Assembly (NCBI GenBank): GCA_000004985.1
Contig: GG738868.1
From: Naegleria gruberi
Taxonomy: Eukaryota
Direction: 5' to 3' (one strand)
Length of the DNA: 64,000 nucleotides
Below are positions 20,686-32,421 of the stretch, in pieces (position 1 is the first letter of the stretch; the number at the start of each line of letters is the position of its first letter). The notes below the pieces were generated by a model. It saw only the letters and a program-made list of their open reading frames with translations, searched no databases and was not told where the DNA came from. Both the position numbers and the translations under genes were made by a program.

Positions 20686-23075
20686 TTACATTGAAGTAGG
20701 ATAAGGTCTATCATAAATTACTGCTTCTGGTTGTTCAATTGAAGAAGATGTAGTGGTTGGCTGTATTGGTAATGATTGATTTTTCTCGCTTCTAGGGGAA
20801 ACTATACCTTCTTTAAGCACCTCACTGGATTTGTGTAACTCTTCAATTGCATTATTGACTTCATCTATTGAGGTTCCCGAGGAGGAGGAGGAGGAACTTG
20901 AGGAGGAGCTACTATCATGATTGGTTTCGACCACAGCTGCCGTAGCTGGTACTGTCACTGGTATAATTGGTTCACAAGGAATAATATTACTATTATTATT
21001 AGTATTTTTAGTTGTGCCAACTTTGTTCCTCTTAAGGTTCAAACTAGAGGGCAGATAATGATGTAAGAATAGTAGTTTCCCACCCTCTCTGCTTTGAAGA
21101 GTTTCATAAACCAAACACATAAAATATCCAATCGAAAGGGAAATGAAGAATACACCTATCACAATACCAGATACACCTAGTCCAATAACGTGATCCAACA
21201 TATCTGGTGCCAATACAATTTCCATGTTTGGACAAGTTTTAAGATATTCAATCACACCCCTATGTCCTCCATCAACATTTTCCCAAGGAATATTTCTATT
21301 CAATCTTTCACCATTAATTCTAATGTCATTGTAGAAATTTTGAGTTGTTACTTTGAAATCATCAGACAAGGAACATTTCATACCCAATGGATTAATCTGC
21401 TCTGAGGTCATGTTATTCAAGCAACAAATACGGAATGATGTTGAGCTAGATAGTTTCGATGGCTTAAATTTTATACCATCTGGACCGACCATATTAGAGG
21501 TCATGTAGAGACTCTCAGTAATTTCTCTCAAAATATCTCCATAGACGGCAACAAATGATACAAAACTCAAAAGACCTATCAAAAATGTTAATATACAATT
21601 GAATACAATAGCATATCTATAATTGCCAGCAAAAGTAAATAGTTGATAAATACACTAGATCACATACCTCATTTTCTTGTGGTAATCACTGGTTATTTTA
21701 CCAAAAAGCTTTGAGGTATAGACAGCTACGTATTGTAAATAATTAGTGATACATAAATCAACATACCTCCAATTAAGAAGAAGCCAACAGGCATCACCAT
21801 CATTTTCAAATTATTGCCCTTTGATGTAAGGAGACTTTCATCATAACTAAACCCTTCTTTCCATATTACTATATGGGAAAAAGCAAGATAAATCAGAATT
21901 AAGGCACCAACAACTCCAGTTAGAAAGCCTCCAGTCAATACTGGGCTCTCAATTAGACCAACTCCAAACTTTCTATCGGTTGCAATCGAAGAAGAACGAG
22001 GCGAATAGGAACCAGAATCGTCTGTTGTGTAATAGTCAATTTGTTTATCCTCTTTAAGCCAAATAATCAATGCTTGCCACTCTCCTCCTCTTTTTGGAAC
22101 ATTTCCAGAGATGGTTTCAAATAAATTTATCTTTTTGTTTTCTCTCCATGTTAAAGTTGTCCTGTTTAGCAATGCTTGTTCAAATGTTTTTCCTGAAGTA
22201 AAGAGTAGAGATCCATAAACACTATAGGGAAAAAAGTTAGGTGAAGAAAATTGCAATGTTAGATCGAACCCGTCTACTAGTTCAGAAGATAAATAGTATG
22301 CTTGATAAATATGTTGAGCACTGGATGGGTTTCCTTCTTTGAGATCTGAATAATAGACCGTAAAGAACGGATTTCCGCTTACTACTGTTGATGTTGAATT
22401 TGTTGTAGTATTTGATGAACTAGTTGCTAATTGATTTACAGTGCCATTAATTGCTAATTGATCTATAGTTCCATTTGTTAATGTATCAGGTTTGGATGTA
22501 TCATTAAGAGTTTGATTATTGATCATTGTATCATTCAAAGTGGAATCCATCCATTTCAATGATTCTCTTTTTGCAAATACTGGAGATGAAGTTGTTTTGA
22601 ACAGTATATCAATGAATCCAGAGAAGTCAAATCTTCCATTCATTGAAACAAACTTCATACTTTTAGAATCAACAGTGGCAATTGCTGAATCTCCATTAAA
22701 AAAGAACCTCAAACTGAAACTAGTTGTGTAAGGATATTGATTCATTAATTCCGTTTTAAAATCATAATTTGATGATGAGGCAGTATCTCCAACCTTGATG
22801 AATATTTGCCCTGGCCTATCCAAAAATTGCAAATTAAATGCGTTAAATCCTATAAATAATTGAGCATCAGATGCCCTATTATCCCTAAACGTTAACCTGT
22901 GATGATATTCATTACTTGAAGATGTACTGGGAAGAGAGACCTTACTAACGGAAGACATTCGTGAGCTGATGATGGTCTCAGCACCCATAACTTGCCATCC
23001 TCCCGAGCAATTTGCTATTATTATTACTAATATTGTCCAACTAATAACCACTCCCGACCACAATAATTTGCTCAT
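20686..23075 (-). CDS. Hypothetical N-glycosylated multi-pass membrane protein; 3 exons 21767..23075, 21668..21725 (58-nt micro-exon), 20686..21616
   Basis: Exon 1 has a signal peptide (MSKLLWSGVVISWTILVIIIANCSGG) and a large ectodomain with many NxS/T sites. It ends ..FLIGG at a GTATGT donor; intron 21726..21766 is 41 nt. The micro-exon encodes AVYTSKLFGKITSDYHKKM(R) and ends at a second GTATGT donor; intron 21617..21667 is 51 nt. Exon 3 continues in frame (YAIVFNCILTFLIGLLSFVSFVAVYG...) with more TM segments and a poly-Ser cytoplasmic tail. All phases are consistent, total 765 aa. Confidence 0.6.
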
Positions 23076-23435
23076 TCTCGTATGTTATTGAATGAGAACT
23101 CAAACTATTGATGTATTGAAGAAGAGGGAAGCGACGCCTTTTTTTCCTTAATTTTTTAAAAAACGACAAATTTATTGTGGCGGTTTTTTACTGTTACGAT
23201 GTTATTCACCTTAGAAAAAGTTCATCCTCCGACGGAAATCAATGAATGGATCAACGAACAAAGCATATGAAATAGGGAACAACGGAAGATGTGATGATGC
23301 AAAAAGATGAAACATTCAATAAGATTTGAAGAAGACCAAGCTTAATGTTACTTGAGATTTGTTTTTAATTGGAAATGGAAATGTTATAATTTAATAATAT
23401 ATATATTAATAATCAGTATAAATAATATTTAAAAA

Positions 23436-25109
23436 ATGGGACAAGATCAATCAACAGTTTCCATTCCGAAGAATAACATGTTTATTTGTGGAGAAAACAA
23501 AGAATGTAATTATATTTAAATACTTACATTTAGAATGAAAACAATTTGATAATTATTTAAATATATCATTGTATTATCAATATGATAAATAATGATCAAA
23601 TAATATTAAAGATCAATTCGGAATTGGATTTTCAAATTATACAACATTGAGAGAAATTAATAATTTCAAACAGGAAAATATTAAGAAGGTGTGCTGTGGA
23701 CCAAACTTTACAATTGTTCTAACCGATAGAGATGAAGTATATGGAACAGGATCGAATATTTATGGAGTTTTGGGTTTAGATTCATTTAGTCAATCGGATA
23801 GTCATCACTTTAATATTAATCGATTTGTAAAATTGCCAATTTCATTCAAGGTACAACATATTTGCTGCTGTAGATCGATGGTTGCTATTATTTCGAATGG
23901 ATATTTGAAAGCAAATAGGGAAACATTGTTGAATAGATCGATTATTTCGAATAGTTCCAGTCCTACCCAATTAAATGCCTATGGGCAAATGTTTTTCTGG
24001 AGTGGAGGTGATATTTCAATATCTGGTTGTCCAATCAATAAGAAATTCACTCCAATATATGATTGGAATTTTAATATAATGGGAAAAGTCAAGTTTTTCG
24101 AGTCGAGTCCATTTTCTTCCTTTTTTATAGTAGTAACAGGTAATTATTAATATTTCATTAGATTATAATTTTCGTTGGAATATATTAGAATTCAATAGGG
24201 TTTACTTTTCTGGACAAAATTGTAGTGGACAATTTGGAAATGGAGAGGAGAAACGAAATTTTAAATCCTTGTACCAATTGACTGATAATTTATTTCCAAC
24301 TTTTAAAGGCATAAAGCATGTTGCTTGTGGATCTAAACATTGTATTATAGTAACAGATGATAATGAACTCTACTCGAGTGGTAGTAATCAATATTTTCAA
24401 TTAGGACACTCCAACAATGCGAAACAAGACACCTTCCAGAAACCTGCAACAGAATTTCAAGGCAAAAAAATTGAACTAGTCAAGTGTGGAGAAAATTATA
24501 CAATGGTTTATTTGAGTAGTAAGTTTTGAGAGTTGGTTCGAATTTTTAATAATGAGGAAATTGTCAGATGGTGATTTATATGCTTGTGGAGCTAATCATT
24601 TTGGACAATTACTCAATAATCAAACTCAAAGGAAGGTTATATTTCACAAGATTCTAACTGATCGATCACTTGTTTCCCTCTCTTGTGGTAATAACTTTTC
24701 GCTCTATTTGACCAGGAATTGCCAAGTAATGAGGGCAGGTTCTAATGAATATGGTCAATTATTCTCTACGAAGAATGGATTTCAAATGCAAACTACAAAG
24801 GTGGATAAATCAATGCGTTTATTTGGATTGACTTGCTCCAACAATCTGACAATACTATATAAACAAAAGGATAATGATTGTGGAGAGATTTATTTGAGAA
24901 GATATTGCTCACAATTTGTCAAATCCTCTCCAAACAATAATAGACAACAGAACAAGGTATTATCACCCACAAAAAAGAGGAAGAAAAACTACCTTATGTA
25001 CAGATCTATCCACGACCATTTCTCGTTCATGTTTGATATTGCTTCGAGCTTGAAAATGGAGAATGCTACCCACCTTTTGTGCGATATTGAGGTGAAAATT
25101 TTGGAATGA
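23436..25109 (+). CDS. RCC1-repeat protein with N-terminal MGQ (N-myristoylation-type) start; 4 exons 23436..23505, 23612..24139, 24189..24518, 24568..25109
   Basis: RCC1 motifs occur in every exon: ICGENKEYQFGIG, CCGPNFTIVLTDRDEVYGTGSNIYGVLG, VYFSGQNCSGQFGNG, VACGSKHCIIVTDDNELYSSGSNQYFQLG and YACGANHFGQLL. The introns run 23506..23611 (106 nt, GTAATT..AAAG), 24140..24188 (49 nt, GTAATT..TTAG) and 24519..24567 (49 nt, GTAAGT..TCAG), and all phases check (1/1/1). Total 489 aa. Confidence 0.65.
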
Positions 25110-25561
25110 TGAACAATGAAGACCTGCCCCACTACTGGTTGCAACTCTAATTCAAGAGTGTAATTCAAAGCACATCTTTCTTTTATTAAGGCAAATTGGT
25201 CTATTTCATTGATTAATTTTGAATATTTGTGATAGATTCATTTTAGTATGAATTTCTGAATGGGAAGATCAAAATGGGTGGTATCACTGTTTGGTTTTTA
25301 TGTATTCTATGAAGTATCAACTTTCCAATTTTGATTTTTGGTTTCTACATGGCGAAGGAGGAGGAGCTGAGAATTAGAACATTGCTAATTGGTTAAAAAA
25401 ATACTTGCTAAAACAAGGGTTGGGAATTCAGAATAAATCGACAATTTTCAGGTTTATTCAACAATATCACGGGAGCAAGCGGTATTTACAATAAACACGT
25501 GTCTGTGCAATCAGCATGTGTTGACTTTAGGTTAGTTTAGCCCTGTGCTTTCTTGTGTGAA

Positions 25562-27244
25562 ATGATTTCAAAAATTAAAAAAATGTTTGCAACAGAATGT
25601 CTGTTGAACGAACATAGAATATTCAAAAGAGATTACAGCAATTACCTTCATCAGTTCCATGATGATTCTTCATCAACATGTGGGAATGAACAATTCGAAT
25701 CTTTATCTTACTCAAGAAATTCATCTATGGAAGAAAGCTTGAACATTCAAACTAAAGAACTTGCTAAATCAATGCTTGAACATGCTGAAAGCTATGTTAA
25801 AGGTACTAATGGATATCCAAAATCCAATGAAAACGCTTTCGAATGGTATCTCAAATCTGCCAAACTTGGCAATGCTTCAGCCCAATATATTGTTGGACTA
25901 ATGAACATGGACGGTATTGGAACCTCTATTTCTCATACCAAGGCATTGAAATATTTCAAGAAAGCTGCCAAACAAGATAACATTGGTGCCCAACATAATT
26001 ATGGGAAACTGTTAGAAAGAAATGGTAAGCCTTATAAAGCTTTCAAATGGTTTGTAAGAGCTGCTGAAAAGGGTAACTGTAGGTACTCACAACATCGTCT
26101 CGGTGAATTATATCTGGATGGTATTGGAGTTGAGAATGATGATTCTACAGCTTTCGAATGGTTTCAACGAGCTGCAAATCAAGAATATTCAGAGGCACAG
26201 CTTGCTCTTGCTAGAATGTATTTTTATGGTCAAGGAGTAAGTCGTTCTCTGAAGAAATCCTTTGAATGGGCCTTAAAGGCAGCAACAAGTAATGAAAATG
26301 GAAGAGCCCAATATGAAACTGGCCTAAACTATTTGAAAGGTTGCGGAGTTGAACCATCAACAGAAGAAGCATTAAAATTCTTAAGAAAAGCAGCTGATAA
26401 CGAAGATGCAGATGCTCAATTACTTCTTTGTGTAATGCACTATGAAGAAGTAATACCAAAGACCACTCCTGAAGAAGTAATATTTCAATGGTGTTCCAAA
26501 GCAGCTGACAATTATATTCACCAAATTGCACTATTCATCTTGGGAGAACTCTATGAAAAAGGAATTGGAGTAGAGCAAGATAATGAAATGGCATTTGAGA
26601 AGTACATGTCTCTTGAAGTATCAACATCAAATTTTATACTGTTTCCTTATCATTATTACAAAGAGTTATTGTTTCGTATAGGTGATATGTATTTGAATGG
26701 AAAAGGTGTTGAACGATCAAGTAAAAAGGCAGGGGAATGGTTTAATAAGGCAGCCAATAGAGGGCACTCAGAATCCAAATTTCGATTTGGGGTTTTAATG
26801 TTCCTTATTGGAAAACATTCAGAAAAAGCTCTATATTGGATTTCACAGGCAGACCAAGATGGCCATGTATTAGCCTCTGTTTTCGAAATGTGGACACAAG
26901 ATATCCAAGACCTATTAGAGACAACTTCTTCATTCAAATTAGCTTGGATAATTAGAGAATGTTGCAATTTCTTTCTCTCCAACAAATATGAGACAATAAG
27001 GGATGTCGAGGAATATTTAGCAGGGAGGTTTCATGATGGAGGCTTTTATGAGCAAGCTTTTAAATGGTATAATATGTCTGCTGAAAAGGGAAACATACTA
27101 TCACAATATAACATAGGAGTTATGTATAAGAAAGGTATTGGTGTGGCTCAATCCTATTCGAAATCTGCTGAATGGTATGAAAAAGGATTTTACAAATTAT
27201 TACTTGAAACAGATTATTTATCAGGAAAGGATTTGGATTTTTAA
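25562..27244 (+). CDS. Sel1-like (TPR-family) repeat protein
   Basis: More than 8 Sel1-type repeats are present (A..W..KAA.QG...AQ..LG..Y..G.GV..). Examples are SAQYIVGLMNMDGIGTSISHTKALKYFKKAAKQDNIGAQHNYG and AQLALARMYFYGQGVSRS. 560-aa single ORF. Confidence 0.7.
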   Translation: MISKIKKMFATECLLNEHRIFKRDYSNYLHQFHDDSSSTCGNEQFESLSYSRNSSMEESLNIQTKELAKSMLEHAESYVKGTNGYPKSNENAFEWYLKSAKLGNASAQYIVGLMNMDGIGTSISHTKALKYFKKAAKQDNIGAQHNYGKLLERNGKPYKAFKWFVRAAEKGNCRYSQHRLGELYLDGIGVENDDSTAFEWFQRAANQEYSEAQLALARMYFYGQGVSRSLKKSFEWALKAATSNENGRAQYETGLNYLKGCGVEPSTEEALKFLRKAADNEDADAQLLLCVMHYEEVIPKTTPEEVIFQWCSKAADNYIHQIALFILGELYEKGIGVEQDNEMAFEKYMSLEVSTSNFILFPYHYYKELLFRIGDMYLNGKGVERSSKKAGEWFNKAANRGHSESKFRFGVLMFLIGKHSEKALYWISQADQDGHVLASVFEMWTQDIQDLLETTSSFKLAWIIRECCNFFLSNKYETIRDVEEYLAGRFHDGGFYEQAFKWYNMSAEKGNILSQYNIGVMYKKGIGVAQSYSKSAEWYEKGFYKLLLETDYLSGKDLDF

Positions 27245-27369
27245 GATTTTAATAAATAAGGTGTGTTGGTTTTTTATTGTTTTTAGAGTTTTGTGGTTTT
27301 TTGTGTGTGAGCTATTTACAAACCTTAGGCTAGTGATATGTTTGAGCTCAAAATGAGTCAAACAGTTAG

Positions 27370-28491
27370 TCACTCGGCCTTTGGAGATTCATTTTGTTGT
27401 TTTGGTTTCAGTTTGGCCAAACAGCCTGCAGAGTTTTGGAGGCATTGATTAAAGAGGCCAGCATTCCCAAGACTTGTTTCCAAAGTATGAGGAAGAATTT
27501 GTCGTGTATCCACAACACGATGACTTCCATACTCGAATGCATAAGGATCTAATCCAAATGAAGGGAAACATTCTAAAAGTGTGACATTATCCAAAGAAGA
27601 AATATCCCACTCAGTTTCAGGTTGAATCAAGATTGAGATTGGAACCCCTTCTTCATAATCGTAAAAGGTTTGAACTGTGATACTAGTGTCAAATTTACAG
27701 CAAAGTTCAGGGCTTTGTACTGACTTTTGATAGATATAAATAGTCTCTGAGGTAAGGAGAACTCTTTGCATGTGGAGACTGTCGTCTTCATCAGAATCTT
27801 CATCATCCTCATCTCTGACACTAATGACTGTATCTTCGAGGGCTTCCCGTACAATCTTTCCAATGAAACGAATAGGGATTCTACTGTTTGGTTGTCTATC
27901 CTTATTCAATTGAAGGAATGAGGAATATTCCTTCATGACGAATTCAATATGTTTTGGATCTTCATTGCCATACCAGAATGGAATTTCAATATCTACAAAT
28001 TCATCGTCTTCGTCCATTTCTTCATTGTCCTCTTCTTCGTCCTCCTCATCACTTTCATCGTCACTTTCTTCAGAATGTCTAAAGTAAAAATGTTTAGATT
28101 TAGGTTTAGATGGGACGACATTATCATCTTCATCGACATCGATCCAATCATCGTCATTATCGTCTTCCATTGAATCTTGTTGATTTGATTCTGTTGTGGA
28201 ATGTTCCTTTCCTTTGATTTTCGATGGGACTAGTTTATGTGAGTTGGCTAATTCGCCACTCACTTGTTGATTCACCACTGTTGTTGTGATAGTTGAGTGT
28301 TGGTGCACTACTGATGAAGAAGAAGGTGCTTGCATCATCTTAAAGTAGATAAAGTTAGTTGTAGTAGCTTGCTGATTCATAAACGGGTGCTGAAAGCCAA
28401 TGGCAATATCTGTTCTTGGAGCATAAAATGTTTGGTTCATTGTCAAGGTCATTGTTAATAATACTATTAATGTTGTTGTTGTTGGTGACAA
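27370..28491 (-). CDS. Hypothetical acidic protein (D/E-rich clusters)
   Basis: 373-aa ORF with a T/S/Q-rich N-terminus, long D/E runs (DDNDDDWIDVDEDD, DDESDEEDEEEDNEEMDEDDE) and a C-terminal globular-looking region. I recognise no family, and the start codon is not verified. Confidence 0.45.
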   Translation of the reverse strand: MSPTTTTLIVLLTMTLTMNQTFYAPRTDIAIGFQHPFMNQQATTTNFIYFKMMQAPSSSSVVHQHSTITTTVVNQQVSGELANSHKLVPSKIKGKEHSTTESNQQDSMEDDNDDDWIDVDEDDNVVPSKPKSKHFYFRHSEESDDESDEEDEEEDNEEMDEDDEFVDIEIPFWYGNEDPKHIEFVMKEYSSFLQLNKDRQPNSRIPIRFIGKIVREALEDTVISVRDEDDEDSDEDDSLHMQRVLLTSETIYIYQKSVQSPELCCKFDTSITVQTFYDYEEGVPISILIQPETEWDISSLDNVTLLECFPSFGLDPYAFEYGSHRVVDTRQILPHTLETSLGNAGLFNQCLQNSAGCLAKLKPKQQNESPKAE

Positions 28492-29526
28492 TAGAGAAGA
28501 ACATAGGATTATAGAATTGAGTCAAACGATATAAATCGTGAGTGCGGAATAGTTGGTTGGTTTGGTTGTTGTTTTAAATATATAGTCTTGTCTAATTAAT
28601 TGTAGAAGCTCTTGATAATAATTGTATTGGGCTTTCTACTAAGTTCAAAGAGGTATGAATAATACTACTAATGATGTTGTTGAGTTTTTTTAAAATTATC
28701 AAATTCCAGATGCAAACCCGCCTACTTAAAACAATTGCTATCGTAACGGCTGTAGTTGAGGTTAAATTTAGAATAATAAGCGAAAGAAGAGGAAGAATGA
28801 AAACGTGAGGATTATTTTTAAACGCCAGAGTTCCTTTCGCAGCAGATATGGTGTTGATGGTATTTGCTTGTTGTGTTACACAAATATGCAATGATGGTGA
28901 TGATGGTCGAATGATTGTTGTATGAAAGATTCAACAATACTTAATGTGATGTTTTTCATTATCTATGTTATACTCAAACACAAAATACCTACACTTTCGG
29001 AAATTAAAATGTGATGGTGAATGTAGTGTTGTTATATGCTTGCTTCAATGTGCAATATAAACAACCTAGTTAGAAACGTAGGGTAGTACAGTTTACTAGT
29101 ATTGATAATGTTGTCGAATCAAATAACACACGCTTGTCTAAATGTGTGTTTCGTTCCGTGGCGAAGAGTTTGATGATGTGGTTAATCACTCTTTTTTTTT
29201 CAATGTTCCTCATCACTTTTCGCAACTTTGACGAAAAAAAGTCTAGTGGTAAATTAAAGGTTCTTTGCCATTAAAGACCAGCTTGTAGAATTGCCAAATG
29301 GAAATTTAGTTTACAATTGGCTTTACAGAATTTACCGATGAATTAAACTGCTACTCAAAGTTGAAATTGAGATTTCTTTTGGTTCTTTTCTTTATCCTGA
29401 TCATTCATATTTGATCAAAATGTAACAAAGTTAAGATTATTAATATTACTGTCTCTCGAACAAAAAAACGAATTGAGACTTTTCTAATCAGTGTAGCAAG
29501 AACAAACAGAATAAAGATTAAAACAA

Positions 29527-29613
29527 TCCGATGAGACGGAATCGAACCGCCGACCACAGGATGACAGTTTTTCTTGCTACAGTCCCATGCTCTACCAGCT
29601 GAGCTATCATCGG
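29527..29613 (-). tRNA. tRNA-Tyr (anticodon GUA) with a 14-nt intron
   Basis: The reverse complement reads CCGATGA-TA-GCTC-AGCTGGTAGA-GAGC-A-TGGGA-CTGTAG-[CAAGAAAAACTGTC]-A-TCCTG-TGGTC-GGCGG-TTCGATT-CCGTC-TCATCGG-A. The intron lies after position 37, as in other eukaryotic tRNA-Tyr genes. The acceptor and T stems are fully paired, and a T-run follows downstream. Confidence 0.85.
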
Positions 29614-29733
29614 TTACATTCCATTGGTAATTAAGGAATCTGACCCTTAGTACAATAATATGTTATCCATGCCTGTTACCTATGCTTAATAGTGGTAGAT
29701 ATTTAATATTCATCATTAATAATGTACAATTTT

Positions 29734-31754
29734 TTACTTCTTAAGCTTTGGGAAAATGGATCCAAGGTGAGGAATGAGTTCAGTGTGGAATTGGTATGAT
29801 TGACCAGTTGCATAAATTACAATTTTTCCTGCAGGATTAATTCTAAAAACTAAAAATCATATATAAATTAAAATATGAATGAGTAACACTTACTTCTTTC
29901 TGGAGCAATTCCTAATTGTGACATGGCAACATCATCAGTAGCTCTATTACCAAATCCAGAATAGAATGGAGTGACCTTCTTTAGAGCTTCATGACGTTGT
30001 TCTGTGGTAGTTGACAAAAGCCCTGGTACAAAGGTCTTTAACACAATGTCCAACATGTAAATCTTGAATGTATCTGGTCTCTTTAACACAATTTCTCTCA
30101 CAAGAGCATTTCCTCCTGAATTGTAAGCAGTAAATACAGCACCCTCAGGTAAATCCACTGACTTTCCATTCTTGGAGTATTTTTGTTGCAATCTTTCAAT
30201 GAAAAATCTAGTGCTGGAAGACATTGTAATTGGACGAGCTGTCAAGTAGAGCATCTTGTAACCAGCTTGATGAATTTCAGAGTATGCTTCAGTGATATCC
30301 TTGTGTACATAGTCCTTTCCAATTCTACAAGCAACATGACCTCCCAAATCAGATTTTGTAATAGTGCCGTCAATGTCCGAAACGATAATCTTGTCAGTAT
30401 CTTTCCACAAGTAGAGTCTTCCGAGAGCAAGTTGTTCCTTATTGGTACCACTGCTTTCCTTTTGCTTGGCACCTGCAACCTTGGCAATATTGCTGCCAAA
30501 CATTGAAAATTCAGGTAATTGTTGTTCTAACACCTTGGTTTTGAAAATCAAAGTCAACTTGGTTTCACCCTTTTCATAGAACTTGTTCAATTCAGTTTCG
30601 ATAGCTTTCAAGTGACTTCCGGCTGGAATAAACCATTCGTGTGGGTAGAGCAATTCATCGTGAATATTCTTCAAAACCTTCTTCTTGAGTCGTTCTCTTC
30701 TAGAAGACTTTTCCTCATTGGTTTCACTTGGTGTGGATGGAGTGTTAGATTTTTTGAGTTTTTGTTTGAAACTGGATAAACGGTGTTTCAATCCCTTCTT
30801 TTGTGTTGGTGTTTCTGGAGTCAATGTTGATGGAGAAGAGCTTTCATCGTCAGAAACTGGTGTTACAGGTGAGGAAATATCATGATGCATACTGTTGGTA
30901 GAACTAGTGTGAATGCTTGGAGTTGTAGAGTCAGAGAAACTTCCAAATCCCATAGAGAGGGCCATCTCTCCAGCAAAGTGTTTAAGCATGTCTCTCTTTT
31001 TCAGCTTTTCCTCTTCTTCCTGCTTTTCATCACGTCTCTTCTTTGTCATTTCTTTCAGGTATTTGATTTTTTCCTTTGGTGTTTTCAAGGAATTGTAATG
31101 TTTGTAAAATTCATTCATTTCCTCTTGGGTGGCATGTTGGAAATATTCAAATTCTTCGCCCTCAATTGGTGATGAATTCAATCCATTCTCCTTCTTTACC
31201 TCTTCAAGAATTGATGCAATATTCAATTGTGGAGCATCATGATCCAAGTCCTCACTTTCAATATCCTGATCAGCATGTTCTGCAATTTGCTGTTCCCACC
31301 TTTGAATCTTTTCTTGTTCTTTCAAATCATCTTCCACAGGTTTAAGTTCATCACCCAAATCCTTACTCAATTCTTTAGTTTCCTTTTTCATTTCCTTCAT
31401 CATGTCGCTAATCTTTCCACCAAATACTTTTTGGTCAAAGAAGGGAATTTTGAATCCACTTTCAATAGTCATGGTAGCAATCAAAGTTTCCTGTCCTCTC
31501 TTTGTGCTTGATCTATAATGTTCAGCAGTTAAATCAGTCTTGGCATCATAAGATTTAACAAATACTTGTACAGATTGATTGACTGTTGATTTCTTTGGAA
31601 ATCTAACAAAGAATGGTGTTGTTTTCACAGAGCATGATTCATCCCTCGACTTGACAGCAATAACATCAATACAATTACCAATCAATAATCGTTTCTGATC
31701 AGCAATCTTTGTAGTTGGTGCAATATTGTGCAAATCCGATGATGAGGCAGACAT
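29734..31754 (-). CDS. Lipin / Mg2+-dependent phosphatidate phosphatase (PAH1/SMP2 family); 2 exons 29894..31754 and 29734..29849
   Basis: An N-LIP-like N-terminus is present (GNCIDVIAV...TTPFFVRFPK). The C-LIP/LNS2 region carries the catalytic DxDxT motif (IIVSDIDGTITKSD). A 44-nt intron 29850..29893 (GTAAGT...TTTTAG) joins phase-1 ..GIAPER to the last exon (I)FRINPAGKIVIYATGQSYQF...PKLKK-TAA. Total 658 aa. Confidence 0.75.
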
Positions 31755-32421
31755 GTTTTCTTCTTGTTTTATATTAAATAATTTGCTTTTTGACAGTGAA
31801 TGAACAATTTTGCAAAATAAACTTTTCATACACTATAGTGTTCGGGTAGAGTATCTATTATTATTTTCCCTACAAAATCAAACAACAACAACTTCTTGAT
31901 GAGTCAATATAGACGATAATTGTCGGACAAATGGTTAAACACACAATCAGCAGCTACGTGTGATTTTTGTGAAGAGAGGGTTTGATGAGTTTTTTCTGTT
32001 GCTGATTTTGTTGTTGCTGTATTAGATTGGTTTTGTCTCATGTCTGAAAAAGTTCAAAATAGGAACAGAAAAATTTCATCACCTATGAACGAGTTGATTT
32101 GTTGTTGTTGGGTTGCCCTCATGTCAGTGCTACTCAGAAATTGGAATCTTATTACACAAGTTCCATCACTGTAAATATTTACAATTTATCATACCATGCA
32201 TGCCCTTCAATTATGTTAATCAACAAGACAATTAATTGTAAACAAATAAATCAAAAAAAAATGATTGAAATAGCACCAGAAGAAAAAATAAAATCACCAC
32301 CTCCCTTGAAAAAGAAGAAACTTTCTCAATGTTTGGTCACGACAATGAAAAATTTTACGGAAGAGAGAAATACTGATCAGCATGTAACAATTATTCTTAC
32401 CGATTTATTTGATAATCAAAT

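Noticed and set aside
28592-28891. 99-aa minus-strand ORF in the AT-rich interval upstream of tRNA-Tyr
   Set aside because: It has no recognisable domain, an odd composition (I/L/T-rich) and no splice or start context. It most likely arose by chance in an intergenic region.
29150-29215. Possible C/D-box snoRNA or Pol III small RNA (TGATGATGTGG ... CTC-T9)
   Set aside because: Only a box-C-like TGATGA and a T-run are present. There is no box D (CTGA) in the right position, no terminal stem, and no matches to known snRNA sequences I can recall. Support is insufficient without a covariance-model search.
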